Assembly: GCA_964462875.1 (NCBI GenBank)
Contig: CAYWZQ010000009.1
Coordinates: forward strand, 3,618 to 67,617
Length of the DNA: 64,000 nucleotides
Source: an uncultured Nitrososphaerota archaeon
GTDB taxonomy: Archaea; Thermoproteota; Methanomethylicia; Culexarchaeales; Culexmicrobiaceae
Direction: 5' to 3'
How positions within the stretch are numbered: the stretch's first letter is position 1; each line of letters opens with the position of its first letter. The position numbers and the translations under genes are program-made. Of this stretch, positions 37,083 through 46,987 are shown piece after piece. The notes under the pieces are model-generated. The model was not told where the DNA came from. It saw nothing but the letters and a program-made list of their open reading frames with translations, and made no database searches.

Positions 37083-38519
37083 CTACTTCCCACCAGCTTT
37101 CTTTATGATTAGTTTATTAATCTTAATCTTGACACCTTTAAGTGCTATCTTAAATGGTACTGCCGAAGCTGCGGGTTGAATTGGAACTGTCGGTATTTGA
37201 GGAGCAGTTATTGGGGTGACCTCTGGAGCAGCTGTAGGTGCTGCTGGTGGTGCAACTTCAACAGCAGCTGCTTCTTCGGCTTTAGCTTTTTCCTCCATCT
37301 CCTTAATTTTCTCAGCTAGTGGATGCCCTCTCTCAATTAGGAACTTCTTTAACTCCTCAATGTCAGTTGCATCTTCCTCAGTTGCAATTTTATCGTATAG
37401 ATCTGGTGGAATAGCATCCTTCACTCTTTCTTTAAGCTCCTTGGGCATCCACACTATGCGTTTCCATCCACCATCAGCGTAGAAGAACTTCCTTGACCTC
37501 ATCCACTCAATTCCAATACCCAGGAAACCTTCAGTTTGCATTCCACCACCAGCTTGAGCCGCCATAGTTGAGAAAGGTAGCCCGTTTACTGCTGTTCCCT
37601 TGAATCCTCTATGAACAATACCTATGCCGTCAACTTCAGGAATGTAGAAGGCTATTGCCTCAAAGCATCCGCATGAAGTGTGCGGGTAGCCAAACATGCT
37701 ATATAAGTATACCCTCTTAACTTCACCTAGAGACCTCTTCGCAACTACCTCGTTTACCCCACTCCATTCTCCCTTAACTGGATCCAAGCATTCCCCTTTG
37801 GGAATTGGAAAGTTAGGACCTTTGGGATCTATATTTGCTGCAGCTCTAGCGTCAAGCCAAGTTAATGCACCACAAAGGGCTACTCTTTCAGGAGTTATTA
37901 CACATACATGCGTTGGAGCGAATGATTGGCAGAGAACACAGCCATAGAACATGTCCACTTCCTCATCCTTTAATCCACGAACTCTAGCATCACGCTTCTC
38001 GTATACCTTTAATGCCTCTTGATACCATTTCTTCACTTCTTCAGGGTCAGTTATGAAAGTTACTTGCATCTTCTCTATGTAGGGCATTTCAGACTTGAAT
38101 AGTAGTATTAGAGCTTTCCCCCACCACTTTAAGGAATTTAACCCTTTCTTAACTGCTTTCTTCGATATTCTAATCCAAATATCATACCTCTGGTTTAAGT
38201 GCATTATTCCTTCAATGTAATTCGTGTACATGTGAATTCGACGCTCAATGACTCCTTCAAGGTCTTCCTCAAGCTTCTTACCAGCTACATATATTAAGAT
38301 TCCGAGGGGATATGATCCGCCCTCCTTGAGCTCCATTAGGTCTGGGCCTATAATCTCGACTTTTCCATCTTCAACTTCATCTAATGGCTTAACCCTCACT
38401 AGCTCAAACTTATAGTCTATCTTGGGGCCTCCAAGTTCAACATACATATTTTTTCTTCTAACCCTCTGACCTTCAAAGGCAGGACTTATCTCTACCGGGA
38501 AGTCTTTAAAAGCTGACAT
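37083..38519 (-). CDS. cdhC: Acetyl-CoA synthase (ACDS beta subunit, A-cluster)
   Basis: 'CQSFAPTHVCVITPERVALCGA' and 'HTSCGCFEAIAFYIP' form the Cys-Gly-Cys A-cluster motif. It ends with an Ala/Pro-rich linker and a Lys-rich tail. Confidence 0.85.
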   Translation of the reverse strand: MSAFKDFPVEISPAFEGQRVRRKNMYVELGGPKIDYKFELVRVKPLDEVEDGKVEIIGPDLMELKEGGSYPLGILIYVAGKKLEEDLEGVIERRIHMYTNYIEGIMHLNQRYDIWIRISKKAVKKGLNSLKWWGKALILLFKSEMPYIEKMQVTFITDPEEVKKWYQEALKVYEKRDARVRGLKDEEVDMFYGCVLCQSFAPTHVCVITPERVALCGALTWLDARAAANIDPKGPNFPIPKGECLDPVKGEWSGVNEVVAKRSLGEVKRVYLYSMFGYPHTSCGCFEAIAFYIPEVDGIGIVHRGFKGTAVNGLPFSTMAAQAGGGMQTEGFLGIGIEWMRSRKFFYADGGWKRIVWMPKELKERVKDAIPPDLYDKIATEEDATDIEELKKFLIERGHPLAEKIKEMEEKAKAEEAAAVEVAPPAAPTAAPEVTPITAPQIPTVPIQPAASAVPFKIALKGVKIKINKLIIKKAGGK

Positions 38520-38522
38520 GCT

Positions 38523-39068
38523 CTACTTCCCCTCACCACTTAAAACTTTTAGAACCATATTAAGATTTTCCACCCACTTATCTTCAGGAAGATTTGGAAA
38601 TGAAAATGTAGCATTTGGATGATAATATCTATCAAGAGTTAGTGTGCGGAGGTGAGTAGCGAAGTTCTTTAGCGTCGATAGTAATTGAGACTCCAGCTGG
38701 TAAGTTATTCCAATGTAAATTATAAGGTCGTGAGGTTGGTTTGATCCGTCAACGCTCCAGCTCGGATCTTGAAGTCTATCAGTTACTTCAATTGAGCCCA
38801 TTACAGCTGCAGGTTGGAAGTTTCTTTCGAGAAATGCCTTTAAAGTATTTGATGTTGCGACAACAGGTGCTTTCATGAGTTTCGCTAGCTCAATTACGTA
38901 GTCTATTAAAGTTTTACCTTCACCAACACTGGTGCGCATAGCTTCTGCTCCGACAACTATTAGTGGCTTCTTAGCTACCTTAATGAGCCTACCGGCAACT
39001 TTCCCATCAATCGGAGTAGCTGTTCGTGGACCGGGAACATTTCCAAACTGCCAAGGTGCTGAAGCCAA
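38523..39068 (-). CDS. cdhB: CODH epsilon subunit
   Basis: 181 aa. Lies between cdhA and cdhC, and size matches CdhB. Confidence 0.6.
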   Translation of the reverse strand: MASAPWQFGNVPGPRTATPIDGKVAGRLIKVAKKPLIVVGAEAMRTSVGEGKTLIDYVIELAKLMKAPVVATSNTLKAFLERNFQPAAVMGSIEVTDRLQDPSWSVDGSNQPHDLIIYIGITYQLESQLLSTLKNFATHLRTLTLDRYYHPNATFSFPNLPEDKWVENLNMVLKVLSGEGK

Positions 39069-39084
39069 GATTTCACCTCCAACA

Positions 39085-41445
39085 TCACTTCCTAACTCTA
39101 ATCAACCTTTCAAGCAATGTTGGATCTACTGAGGGCTTCTCCCAAGGCTTCCATCCTACCTTCTTTAAGTAATCGAGTATCTCAAACTTATGCGTTATGG
39201 GTATATCTGCCTCAGTTCTAATGAACAAATGTAAATCAGGTGGTAAAGTCCCGTAGAACTTCCTGTAAAGCTCGACGTAGTGTGTTAGTTTAATCATTCT
39301 ACCCTTAGTTGTATCGTTAGGTCTAATACATAGCTTAGCAGCCATAACCATAGCCTCTTCCTTAGTCTCAGCAACATATACTAAGTGCTCAGGTGTTGGC
39401 CCAATCCAAATCTTCCTACCAGTCCTAGCATCATACGCCTTGAAGCTCTCAATGTCTTCCTTCCTACCTAGATATAATCTCCTATATTTTGCTCCCTGAG
39501 GCCCTAAAATCACTGGAACACCTAACCTATTGAAGCCAGTCGCTATTGCAGCAGCTTTCTGCGACATTGCGCCCCAAGCAATTCCGCAAGCACCAACTCT
39601 ATTCAAAATATAATCAGCTATCTCCTCGTAGTTTGCTCTCAGTTTCCTTCTAGCGAAAATGCTTGCTATCTTAATGCATGCACCCGATATATGCGCATTA
39701 GCTACGCATGAACCAACGTTAACTAGTCCTCCAGCCTCAAAGCCTCCGGAATACTCTTCATAAAGTGTTGTTCCCTCCTCGGTTCTGTACTCAGCAATAC
39801 TCATTGCCGCACATCCGGAGGCCACAACAATATACCTCCGCCTCAAAAATTCTTCAGCCATAATTGCTACATCTCTACCTCCATTTGGATAGTTGGCGCA
39901 CCCAACAAATGCAATAACTCCCGGAATTTCACCCAACACTATTGGTGAACCAACCTCTCTAATTTCAGTGTCAAGTATTGGGCCTCTACCAGCCCTAATC
40001 TTATACTTGGAGGTCTTAATTTTATACTCGGCTGAAGCAGTAATTAGGCTCAATATGGGAATTCCCCTTGGACAAGCACTCTCACATCTCGCACAGCCCA
40101 AGCAAACATCGTGTATTTCAGCTAACTTATCAAGCACACCGCTTTTAGCAGCATATACGGCTTCATCTATTCTCAAGTCTATTGGACAGTTCCTCCTGCA
40201 ACTACCACACTTGACGCACTTAGAAGCTATTTTAATAAGCTCTTCTCTGCTCGGTATTGTTTTAAACTTCTTTCTTAAAGGAGCAACCCTCATGGCAGTT
40301 AGTACGGCTACTGCAGCTGCTTTCTCTAAATCTAGAATTGCAACTCCAGGAACCTTGTAATTGGCAAGCATATCAACTATTTCCTCAACAGGCCTATCAG
40401 TTACATCCTCTAGTCCTCTTAAAGCCTTATTTGAAACAGATATCAGTGGGGCCTTAACTCTCTGAGCTTCATGTAGAATTGACGTGTGAATACATTGCTC
40501 ATCAGTCACTATTACATCTGCAGCCCCAGATCTTATAAACCTCAATTGATAGGATATTGGGCCGACAATCTTAGTTGACTTATTGTACCTCACAATATCA
40601 TGAGCCGTACAGCATAGACCAGCTACCTCAACCACTTCTCCAGGCTCACCTAAACCGCTCTTCTCTAAGAAATCAACTATGTCTATGGCATTGGTTACAT
40701 TATGTCCAATCACCAGGACTAAAGGCTTAGTCACATCCACACAGCCTAATCCTATTTCAACCAGTGGGGCCTCGGGATCTCCCTTTGGGAAGTTGAAAGC
40801 TACAATTTGAGCCATATCAGCGATCTCCATAGCTACATGGTCAAGCATTCCCAGATGTAGAGCTTTGGACTCAAAATCTAGGTAATCGCTTTCCTGACCT
40901 ATGTGCGAAGCTGCAAGTGTTTGAACTATTTGCTCCTCAACATAATTAAGGGCGAAAGCTAAGTCCCCCAAAGTTCTCGGCTTTATTCCCACTACAAGCC
41001 TCGTATGAGGCATCTCCACGTGAATTTCCCCGCCCAAGTCAATGGGATAATCCTCACCATACCTCTCAATTAATGTTTCAACGAGCTCTCTTGCATGACT
41101 CGCATGCGTGGCTGCACCAATAGCACAAGCCAACATCACAATTCTTGCCTGTTGAACATCCAATGTTAAACCACAAGCACCCCTCTTACCAGCAGTTAAA
41201 TCACATTTACCATAAGTGCACAGACAACAGAGATCACAGAATGGCATGTAAAATGGCCTATAACGCTTCAGCAGCTTCATGTCCCATGACCTCAAAGTCT
41301 CAATTCTTGGCATTGGCGTTGGCCCCATTGGCTCCCACTCTTCCTCCATTGCAAGCCTTCCAATTGCAATCTCCACATCTTCTAATGACACAGCTTCAGT
41401 TTTAAGGGATTTAAAGGAAAACTTCAGCGGTCCCTTCTCACCCAT
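39085..41445 (-). CDS. cdhA: Carbon monoxide dehydrogenase catalytic alpha subunit (ACDS)
   Basis: 786 aa. N-terminal Cys-rich B/D-cluster region, internal 2x[4Fe-4S] insert 'CVKCGSCRRNCP...CLGCARCESACP', and a C-cluster-type domain. Confidence 0.85.
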   Translation of the reverse strand: MGEKGPLKFSFKSLKTEAVSLEDVEIAIGRLAMEEEWEPMGPTPMPRIETLRSWDMKLLKRYRPFYMPFCDLCCLCTYGKCDLTAGKRGACGLTLDVQQARIVMLACAIGAATHASHARELVETLIERYGEDYPIDLGGEIHVEMPHTRLVVGIKPRTLGDLAFALNYVEEQIVQTLAASHIGQESDYLDFESKALHLGMLDHVAMEIADMAQIVAFNFPKGDPEAPLVEIGLGCVDVTKPLVLVIGHNVTNAIDIVDFLEKSGLGEPGEVVEVAGLCCTAHDIVRYNKSTKIVGPISYQLRFIRSGAADVIVTDEQCIHTSILHEAQRVKAPLISVSNKALRGLEDVTDRPVEEIVDMLANYKVPGVAILDLEKAAAVAVLTAMRVAPLRKKFKTIPSREELIKIASKCVKCGSCRRNCPIDLRIDEAVYAAKSGVLDKLAEIHDVCLGCARCESACPRGIPILSLITASAEYKIKTSKYKIRAGRGPILDTEIREVGSPIVLGEIPGVIAFVGCANYPNGGRDVAIMAEEFLRRRYIVVASGCAAMSIAEYRTEEGTTLYEEYSGGFEAGGLVNVGSCVANAHISGACIKIASIFARRKLRANYEEIADYILNRVGACGIAWGAMSQKAAAIATGFNRLGVPVILGPQGAKYRRLYLGRKEDIESFKAYDARTGRKIWIGPTPEHLVYVAETKEEAMVMAAKLCIRPNDTTKGRMIKLTHYVELYRKFYGTLPPDLHLFIRTEADIPITHKFEILDYLKKVGWKPWEKPSVDPTLLERLIRVRK

Positions 41446-41551
41446 GCTCTCACCAGATTATATTTTCAGCTATAATGTGTTTGAAGTGGATTTAAGAGTT
41501 ATTCTAAGATTATTAATGAATTGACCCTAACTATGAAAGGCTTCTGATCAA

Positions 41552-42355
41552 TTAGACATTCATTTTAGGAAGCAGCCTCTCAATAATTTTGCGCGTAGCT
41601 TTGACTGCTATAGAGTTATCTGGAAGCTCTATTATGGGCAGGCCCTTTAGATCGTAATCGATTACCATTGGGTCCTCAGGTATTGAACCTATTACTTTGA
41701 AATTCCTCTTAATAAGCTCTTCAATTACTCTAGGGGCTAATACTCTTGTAATCTTATTGATCACGACGTAGATCTCTCTAACTCCGATTTCAAGTTTAAG
41801 TGCCAAATCTCTAATTCGCTCAGCAGTAACTATGCTACGAATACTAGGATCAACCACTATTAGCATGAAATCGACATTTCTAGTAGTTCTCCTACTCAAA
41901 TGCTCCAATCCAGCCTCACAGTCAATTATTACGAAGTCATAGCTTCTTGCCAGTCTATCAAGAACATGCCTCAATAGATGATTTACATAGCAATAGCAGC
42001 CAGGCCCCTCAGGTCTACCCATAGCTATGAAATCAAATTTATCAGCTTCAACTAATACATCCTCATAAAGTGCAGACTCAAAAAGCAAGTCTTTGCCACC
42101 GCCAGATGTATAATTGAGAAACTCCTCTCTCAAATCACCTAAAGTTTTTTTAAATTCTATGCCAAGAGCCCTGTTCAGATTAGTATTGGAATCAGCATCC
42201 ACAACTAAAAAAGACTTATCACCAAAAATTTCCATTAAATGCCTTAAAATTAATGTAGCCACAAGAGTTTTCCCAGTACCACCCTTACCAGTTACCGTAA
42301 TAGTGACCGTCAAACTTACACCACCAACAAAGTAGTTTGCAACTACTATAAGCAT
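41552..42355 (-). CDS. CooC/AcsF-family nickel-insertion ATPase, second paralog, upstream of cdhA
   Basis: P-loop 'VTGKGGTGKT' and the 'GCYCYVNH' CxC motif. Confidence 0.8.
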   Translation of the reverse strand: MLIVVANYFVGGVSLTVTITVTGKGGTGKTLVATLILRHLMEIFGDKSFLVVDADSNTNLNRALGIEFKKTLGDLREEFLNYTSGGGKDLLFESALYEDVLVEADKFDFIAMGRPEGPGCYCYVNHLLRHVLDRLARSYDFVIIDCEAGLEHLSRRTTRNVDFMLIVVDPSIRSIVTAERIRDLALKLEIGVREIYVVINKITRVLAPRVIEELIKRNFKVIGSIPEDPMVIDYDLKGLPIIELPDNSIAVKATRKIIERLLPKMNV

Positions 42356-42370
42356 TACTTCTTAATTGAT

Positions 42371-43399
42371 TTAGGCCTCAACTGGAACAATAAAATCTTC
42401 AGGATGACCTCCTACAACAAGCCTATAATAAACCGTTCCATCACCCATCAAAACTTGCTCAACCTTCCCCTCAGCAACAATGGTATCACCCTTAAAAGCG
42501 CACTCGCAAAAACGTCCCCTAAATGAAAACACTTCACTTATCGGGACATTAGCCCCAGAAATCACTGAAACATCATCAACAGAGTAACTGCAAGGAGTAA
42601 ATATTGCATTAGAATCATCAATTACCACTGCTTTTATTCTAGCCCTACCAATAGACATATAAATCCTATCACCATATCTCTCATTAACTTCACATGGCTC
42701 CTTAACCAGTCTAATAAAGTAATCTCTACCACTAAACTTACCCTGCAACACCTTTCTTGCTTCAACTACCATAAAAGTTCTTAGCGGCATATAAGTGTCC
42801 TTAACCCTGAACTTATAAAGTCCAATTAAATCCCTCGTGGTATATCTAGCAATGGAATTGGCGTGAAAAACACCACTTCTAAGTGCGTGATATAAGTTCC
42901 AGCCAGACTTGTATCCATAAACTATGAGATCTAAATCAGAATGCTTACCATGAAGTCCAACAAGTATTGAACCGGACACTCCAATACTGCTTAATGGGAC
43001 ACCTGATAGATCATGTAACTCTTCAGCAAATGTAACTGCAGACTTCTCAATTTCATCTAGTAAATACCTCCCAGAAACCATTTCATTTAACCGTTCTCTT
43101 GGCTTGTAAACCTTCTTTATTAGCTCTGTGGGAACAGACTGCATTTCAACATTAAATACAGCATCATAATGAAGATACTGAGGGTAGAAGTTTTTAAGAA
43201 ATAGATATCTTTCAGTGAGCGAGTAAAGCTTGACATATTTAACATTACCTCTAACTCTATTCCCCCTTGGTGATGGAACGTATCTCACGAAAGCGACCAC
43301 CCTATTTGGTGGATGAGTTAATCCCTTAACATCAAATATTAGGGATTCTATGGTTTCTATGAAATCTCCCTCTATGATGTTCACACCTCTCACCAGCAC
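42371..43399 (-). CDS. Uncharacterised protein with a Pol-beta-type nucleotidyltransferase signature (paralog A), first gene of the cooC-cdhABCDE string
   Basis: 'GVSGSILVGLHGKHSDLDLIVYG' fits the pattern GS x9-13 DhDh. The N-terminal domain 'DFIETIESLIFDVKGLTHPPNRVVAFVRYVP' is shared with 54163..55239. Confidence 0.6.
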   Translation of the reverse strand: MLVRGVNIIEGDFIETIESLIFDVKGLTHPPNRVVAFVRYVPSPRGNRVRGNVKYVKLYSLTERYLFLKNFYPQYLHYDAVFNVEMQSVPTELIKKVYKPRERLNEMVSGRYLLDEIEKSAVTFAEELHDLSGVPLSSIGVSGSILVGLHGKHSDLDLIVYGYKSGWNLYHALRSGVFHANSIARYTTRDLIGLYKFRVKDTYMPLRTFMVVEARKVLQGKFSGRDYFIRLVKEPCEVNERYGDRIYMSIGRARIKAVVIDDSNAIFTPCSYSVDDVSVISGANVPISEVFSFRGRFCECAFKGDTIVAEGKVEQVLMGDGTVYYRLVVGGHPEDFIVPVEA

Positions 43400-43522
43400 G
43401 AATCAGTTACTAGGATAACTGGCAGTAGGAAGTATTAATTCGTAACGCTTAAATTGAATTTACAATTTTACATTTCTGTGTAGATAAGTACAGTTAATAG
43501 TATTAGATAGGAGGAAAAAGCA

Positions 43523-44281
43523 TTGAAAGTATCAGCAAAAACGATTTCTCTAATTGCAGTATTTGCAGGACTCTACTACGTGTTATCAACAATACCCGGC
43601 CCACCCATTGTGGGGGGCACTGGCAGCGTTAAAGTAATTCTTGCAGGCTTAGCAACAGTATATGGCTTACTCTTTGGACCAATACTTGGAGCCATCACAG
43701 CATTTCTAGGCGCAATACTTGCATGGTGGCTTCCACCAGGTGTACCGGAAATCTTCGGGTTATTAATGACAATGTGCCCATTAATGGGTGCAATTGTAGC
43801 TGGAGGGCTATCAACCACCAGGTTCAGGGGGAAGGGCTGGATTATATCGTTAATAGTAATGACAGTACTTATCCTTGGATGGTACTTAACATGGGTTGGT
43901 TCAAGAGCTCCACTATACCCCATAATGCACATTGTAGCGCTCATACTAATAGTAGCATTGAGGGAAAAGATATCCGACCTCATTTGGAGCACTAATAAAA
44001 TGAAAATGACATTAGGAACTATTATTGCTAGCTATGCTGGAGCAATGGCAGATCACATGACTGGGAATTTAATATTCATTAATTCCCTTGGAATAATAAT
44101 ACCTTGGAGTGCAATTGAAAAATGGCTTGAAAAAATGGGCTTACCAGATGTACCAGCACTATTCATGTACATGCTACCAATATCGGCTATTGAAAGAGCA
44201 TTAATGATCTTAGCTGCAGTCATTATTGGAACAGCACTAATTGCTACACTGCCTAGAACAGGGTTAATAGAGAAACCCTAG
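43523..44281 (+). CDS. Polytopic membrane protein, possibly an ECF-type S component (substrate unknown)
   Basis: 252 aa with about 6 TM helices and a Gly/Pro-rich loop 'IPGPPIVGGTGSVKV'. Confidence 0.45.
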   Translation: MKVSAKTISLIAVFAGLYYVLSTIPGPPIVGGTGSVKVILAGLATVYGLLFGPILGAITAFLGAILAWWLPPGVPEIFGLLMTMCPLMGAIVAGGLSTTRFRGKGWIISLIVMTVLILGWYLTWVGSRAPLYPIMHIVALILIVALREKISDLIWSTNKMKMTLGTIIASYAGAMADHMTGNLIFINSLGIIIPWSAIEKWLEKMGLPDVPALFMYMLPISAIERALMILAAVIIGTALIATLPRTGLIEKP

Positions 44282-44373
44282 ACAAAACACCACAATTCAT
44301 CATTTTTCATGTTAAATTTAATATTAAAAATTGAAATTAAAATTGATTAGTAGAGGAGAAGAGCAGTGGAAGA

Positions 44374-45819
44374 ATGATCGAGGAAACACGTGTATGGCCA
44401 TGGATCATTCCATTACCAATTGAAGGCGAAAAGCACTATAAGGTGCTACTATCAGTGTTTAAGTCTAAGGCGACACTGGACATTTTAAAGAACATTAAGT
44501 TAAATGGAAAAACCTATCAGTCAGACTTAATTAGAAAGCTTCCATACTCAAATAAAACAGTCATCTGCAAATTGAGGGAGCTAGTTAGAAGTAAGATATT
44601 GGAGCAAGGAGTTGAAAGAAAGATTATTAGAGGAAGAAGCGTTCGCGTGAATTGGTTTAAACCGACACCTCTTGGAAGATGGCTAATAACATTTCTAACT
44701 CCGCCGAGCGAAATGAAGCCTGAAAATATTGAGAAAACCTTAAGCCAATTATTCAAATTATACATCAAAAGTATAACTAGGCTATGTGCAAATTATGGAT
44801 TTGACATATCCGAGTACCATCAAGAACTAGAGGAAGAGTACATAAAGGAACTTATTCAAATAGCTGCTAGAAGACGAGGAAAAGAAGAAATTGATGCTAC
44901 GGTTGTCGGCTCAATTTCACTAGATATTACCGTTTCATTCCACGAAATGCCGAAAACGGATGCAGCTGCAATAGCAAAAATAGTAAAAGTAGCTTCAGGA
45001 GGATCCGCCGCTAATGTGGCAATTGCATTAACTAGACTTGGACTCAAGACATCCTTTATGGGTAAAGTTGGAACTGATGAAGCAAGTAGAATAGCATTAA
45101 CTGAACTAGCAAGTGAAGGCGTCGATATATCGCCAGTAAAAGTTGTTAGAGGAGCAACTTTACCAAAATCAATAGTTTTCATTGAAAAGAGTACTAAGAG
45201 AATATTAACAATAACCGATGAGAAAGCACTATCACTAAGTTCACCGGAAGAAGTAGATTGGGAAGCCATAGACTTAAGTAAAATCATTTACATAGGCGAG
45301 ACATATACCGAAATAGCCTCCATAATAGCATCTTATGCTAAGGCTAAAGGTAAAATTGTGATCTACAGACTATTAACTCCATACGCAAAAATGGGGCTAA
45401 GTAAACTTAAGGGCGTACTCGCAAATTCAAATTACGTAATAATGAACGAAGTTAGCTGGAAGATTTTGAGAGAAACATCAAAAAACATAGTGACACCCCA
45501 CAGCTTAATACTTAATTATGGCGTAGATGGATTGATAATTACTAGAGGAGGAAAAGGAGTCACAGGGTATACTGGTAGAGGAAAACTTTCACTTCCAGCG
45601 ATAAAAATTGGAGATGTAGTGGACACAACTGGAGCAGGCGATGCATTCTCAGCTGCATTTATTTGGGCGTTAATTGGAGGCTCAAGCTTTGAAAAAGCAG
45701 TTAAGATAGCGAATATAGCTGCAGCAATGTCCACAACAAAGCTTGGAGCTAAGGATAGCATGCCAACAATTAATGAGCTTAGAAAGCTACTTGCCTCAAG
45801 ACCTTCCCTTCAGGTATAA
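44374..45819 (+). CDS. Fusion of an N-terminal winged-helix DNA-binding domain with a PfkB/ribokinase-family sugar or nucleoside kinase
   Basis: C-terminal 'VDTTGAGDAFSAAFIWALIGG' PfkB motif and N-terminal 'GGSAANVAIALTRLG'. The first ~170 aa, 'YQSDLIRKLPYSNKTVICKLRELVRSKILEQG', are wHTH-like. Confidence 0.75.
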   Translation: MIEETRVWPWIIPLPIEGEKHYKVLLSVFKSKATLDILKNIKLNGKTYQSDLIRKLPYSNKTVICKLRELVRSKILEQGVERKIIRGRSVRVNWFKPTPLGRWLITFLTPPSEMKPENIEKTLSQLFKLYIKSITRLCANYGFDISEYHQELEEEYIKELIQIAARRRGKEEIDATVVGSISLDITVSFHEMPKTDAAAIAKIVKVASGGSAANVAIALTRLGLKTSFMGKVGTDEASRIALTELASEGVDISPVKVVRGATLPKSIVFIEKSTKRILTITDEKALSLSSPEEVDWEAIDLSKIIYIGETYTEIASIIASYAKAKGKIVIYRLLTPYAKMGLSKLKGVLANSNYVIMNEVSWKILRETSKNIVTPHSLILNYGVDGLIITRGGKGVTGYTGRGKLSLPAIKIGDVVDTTGAGDAFSAAFIWALIGGSSFEKAVKIANIAAAMSTTKLGAKDSMPTINELRKLLASRPSLQV

Positions 45820-46954
45820 GAAGCGAAAGACATGCTGCGAGAAGAAATAGGCATGAAATCGAAAGCATGTAAAGCCCATAGCCATAATTATCAATTAGAA
45901 AGCCGCCGAGAAAGGCACCGATAGAAGCACCAATAAAACCCGTAGCATTACCAATACCAAGCGAAAGACCCTTAACCTCCTCCGGCGAACATTCAACAGT
46001 ATAAGCAATTATTGGGGCCGCACCAGTTGCACTCATTAAACCAAAGAGAAAAATGGAGAAAGCCAATAGCTCAGATGGAGCATAATGTAGCATCAATGTC
46101 GAGACCGAAGCTAGAATCATAGATACTATTAGAGCACTTTTATATCCCAGCTTATCCGTAAGAAAGCCTCCCAAGAGATGCCCGAAAAATCCCATAAGAG
46201 AAGAAGCAGAAGCCATAAAGGCAGCATGCATCACAGAAAGATGCTTAACTTCAACCAAGTATAATGAGAGAAACGTTGCCAGACTCATAGAAGACATCAA
46301 TGAAATTGCCGGAATGATATAGGCCAGTATTAAGGGTCTATGAAAACACCTTAGCACAGATAATCCTTTAATCGAAGACCGCTTTAATCTCTGCGGCTCA
46401 ATTGCAGAGAAAAGAAAGGCAAGCGAAACCAAAATGCCCGGTACAGACAAGGCAGTAAATGAGCTCCTCCAGCCATAGTGTGCAGCTAAATAGACTGCAA
46501 TAACAGGCGCTATAGCGGAGCCAAACCTGGAACCTGACATGAAAAAGCCTACGGCTCTTCCTCTACTTTCCACCTCATAAGCATCGCTCAGCATTGAAAT
46601 CATGGGTGCATAATAGAATCCAGCAGCAAAACCGAAAAGCAGTCTCACGATAAGAAGCTGAACGTATGAAGCAACCATTCCACAAAGAAGCGTTGTAATA
46701 GACGATAACAATATGCATAGAAAAACTATCAGCTTTCTACTGAAAATATCGCTTAACAAGCCAGCTGGCACTTGCATTAGCGCATACGATATAAAGAAGG
46801 CCGACATGAGCATTCCAGCTTCAAAGCTACGTATACCCAAATCAGCAACCATGATCGGTAGTAGTGGAGGAAGCATCATTCTATAAACATAGTTTAGAGA
46901 CCAGCCGGAGAAGCCGAGCAGCAGAAGCTTGATGCGACCCCTCATATAAAACAC
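45779..46954 (-). CDS. MFS-type membrane transporter
   Basis: 391 aa, 12 predicted TM segments, MFS-like 'GLLSDIFSRK' loop. Confidence 0.7.
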   Translation of the reverse strand: MFYMRGRIKLLLLGFSGWSLNYVYRMMLPPLLPIMVADLGIRSFEAGMLMSAFFISYALMQVPAGLLSDIFSRKLIVFLCILLSSITTLLCGMVASYVQLLIVRLLFGFAAGFYYAPMISMLSDAYEVESRGRAVGFFMSGSRFGSAIAPVIAVYLAAHYGWRSSFTALSVPGILVSLAFLFSAIEPQRLKRSSIKGLSVLRCFHRPLILAYIIPAISLMSSMSLATFLSLYLVEVKHLSVMHAAFMASASSLMGFFGHLLGGFLTDKLGYKSALIVSMILASVSTLMLHYAPSELLAFSIFLFGLMSATGAAPIIAYTVECSPEEVKGLSLGIGNATGFIGASIGAFLGGFLIDNYGYGLYMLSISCLFLLAACLSLLIPEGKVLRQVAF

Positions 46955-46987
46955 ATAAAAAGGGTATTTGACAATTAACTGCGAAAG

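Noticed and set aside
39893-40360. 155-aa plus-strand ORF within cdhA
   Set aside because: Antisense to a strongly supported CODH alpha gene. Ala/Ser/Leu-rich composition typical of shadow ORFs.
43576-43992. 138-aa minus-strand ORF overlapping the 43523..44281 membrane-protein gene
   Set aside because: The plus-strand frame gives a coherent polytopic membrane protein. The minus-strand ORF is a shadow ORF with no motifs.
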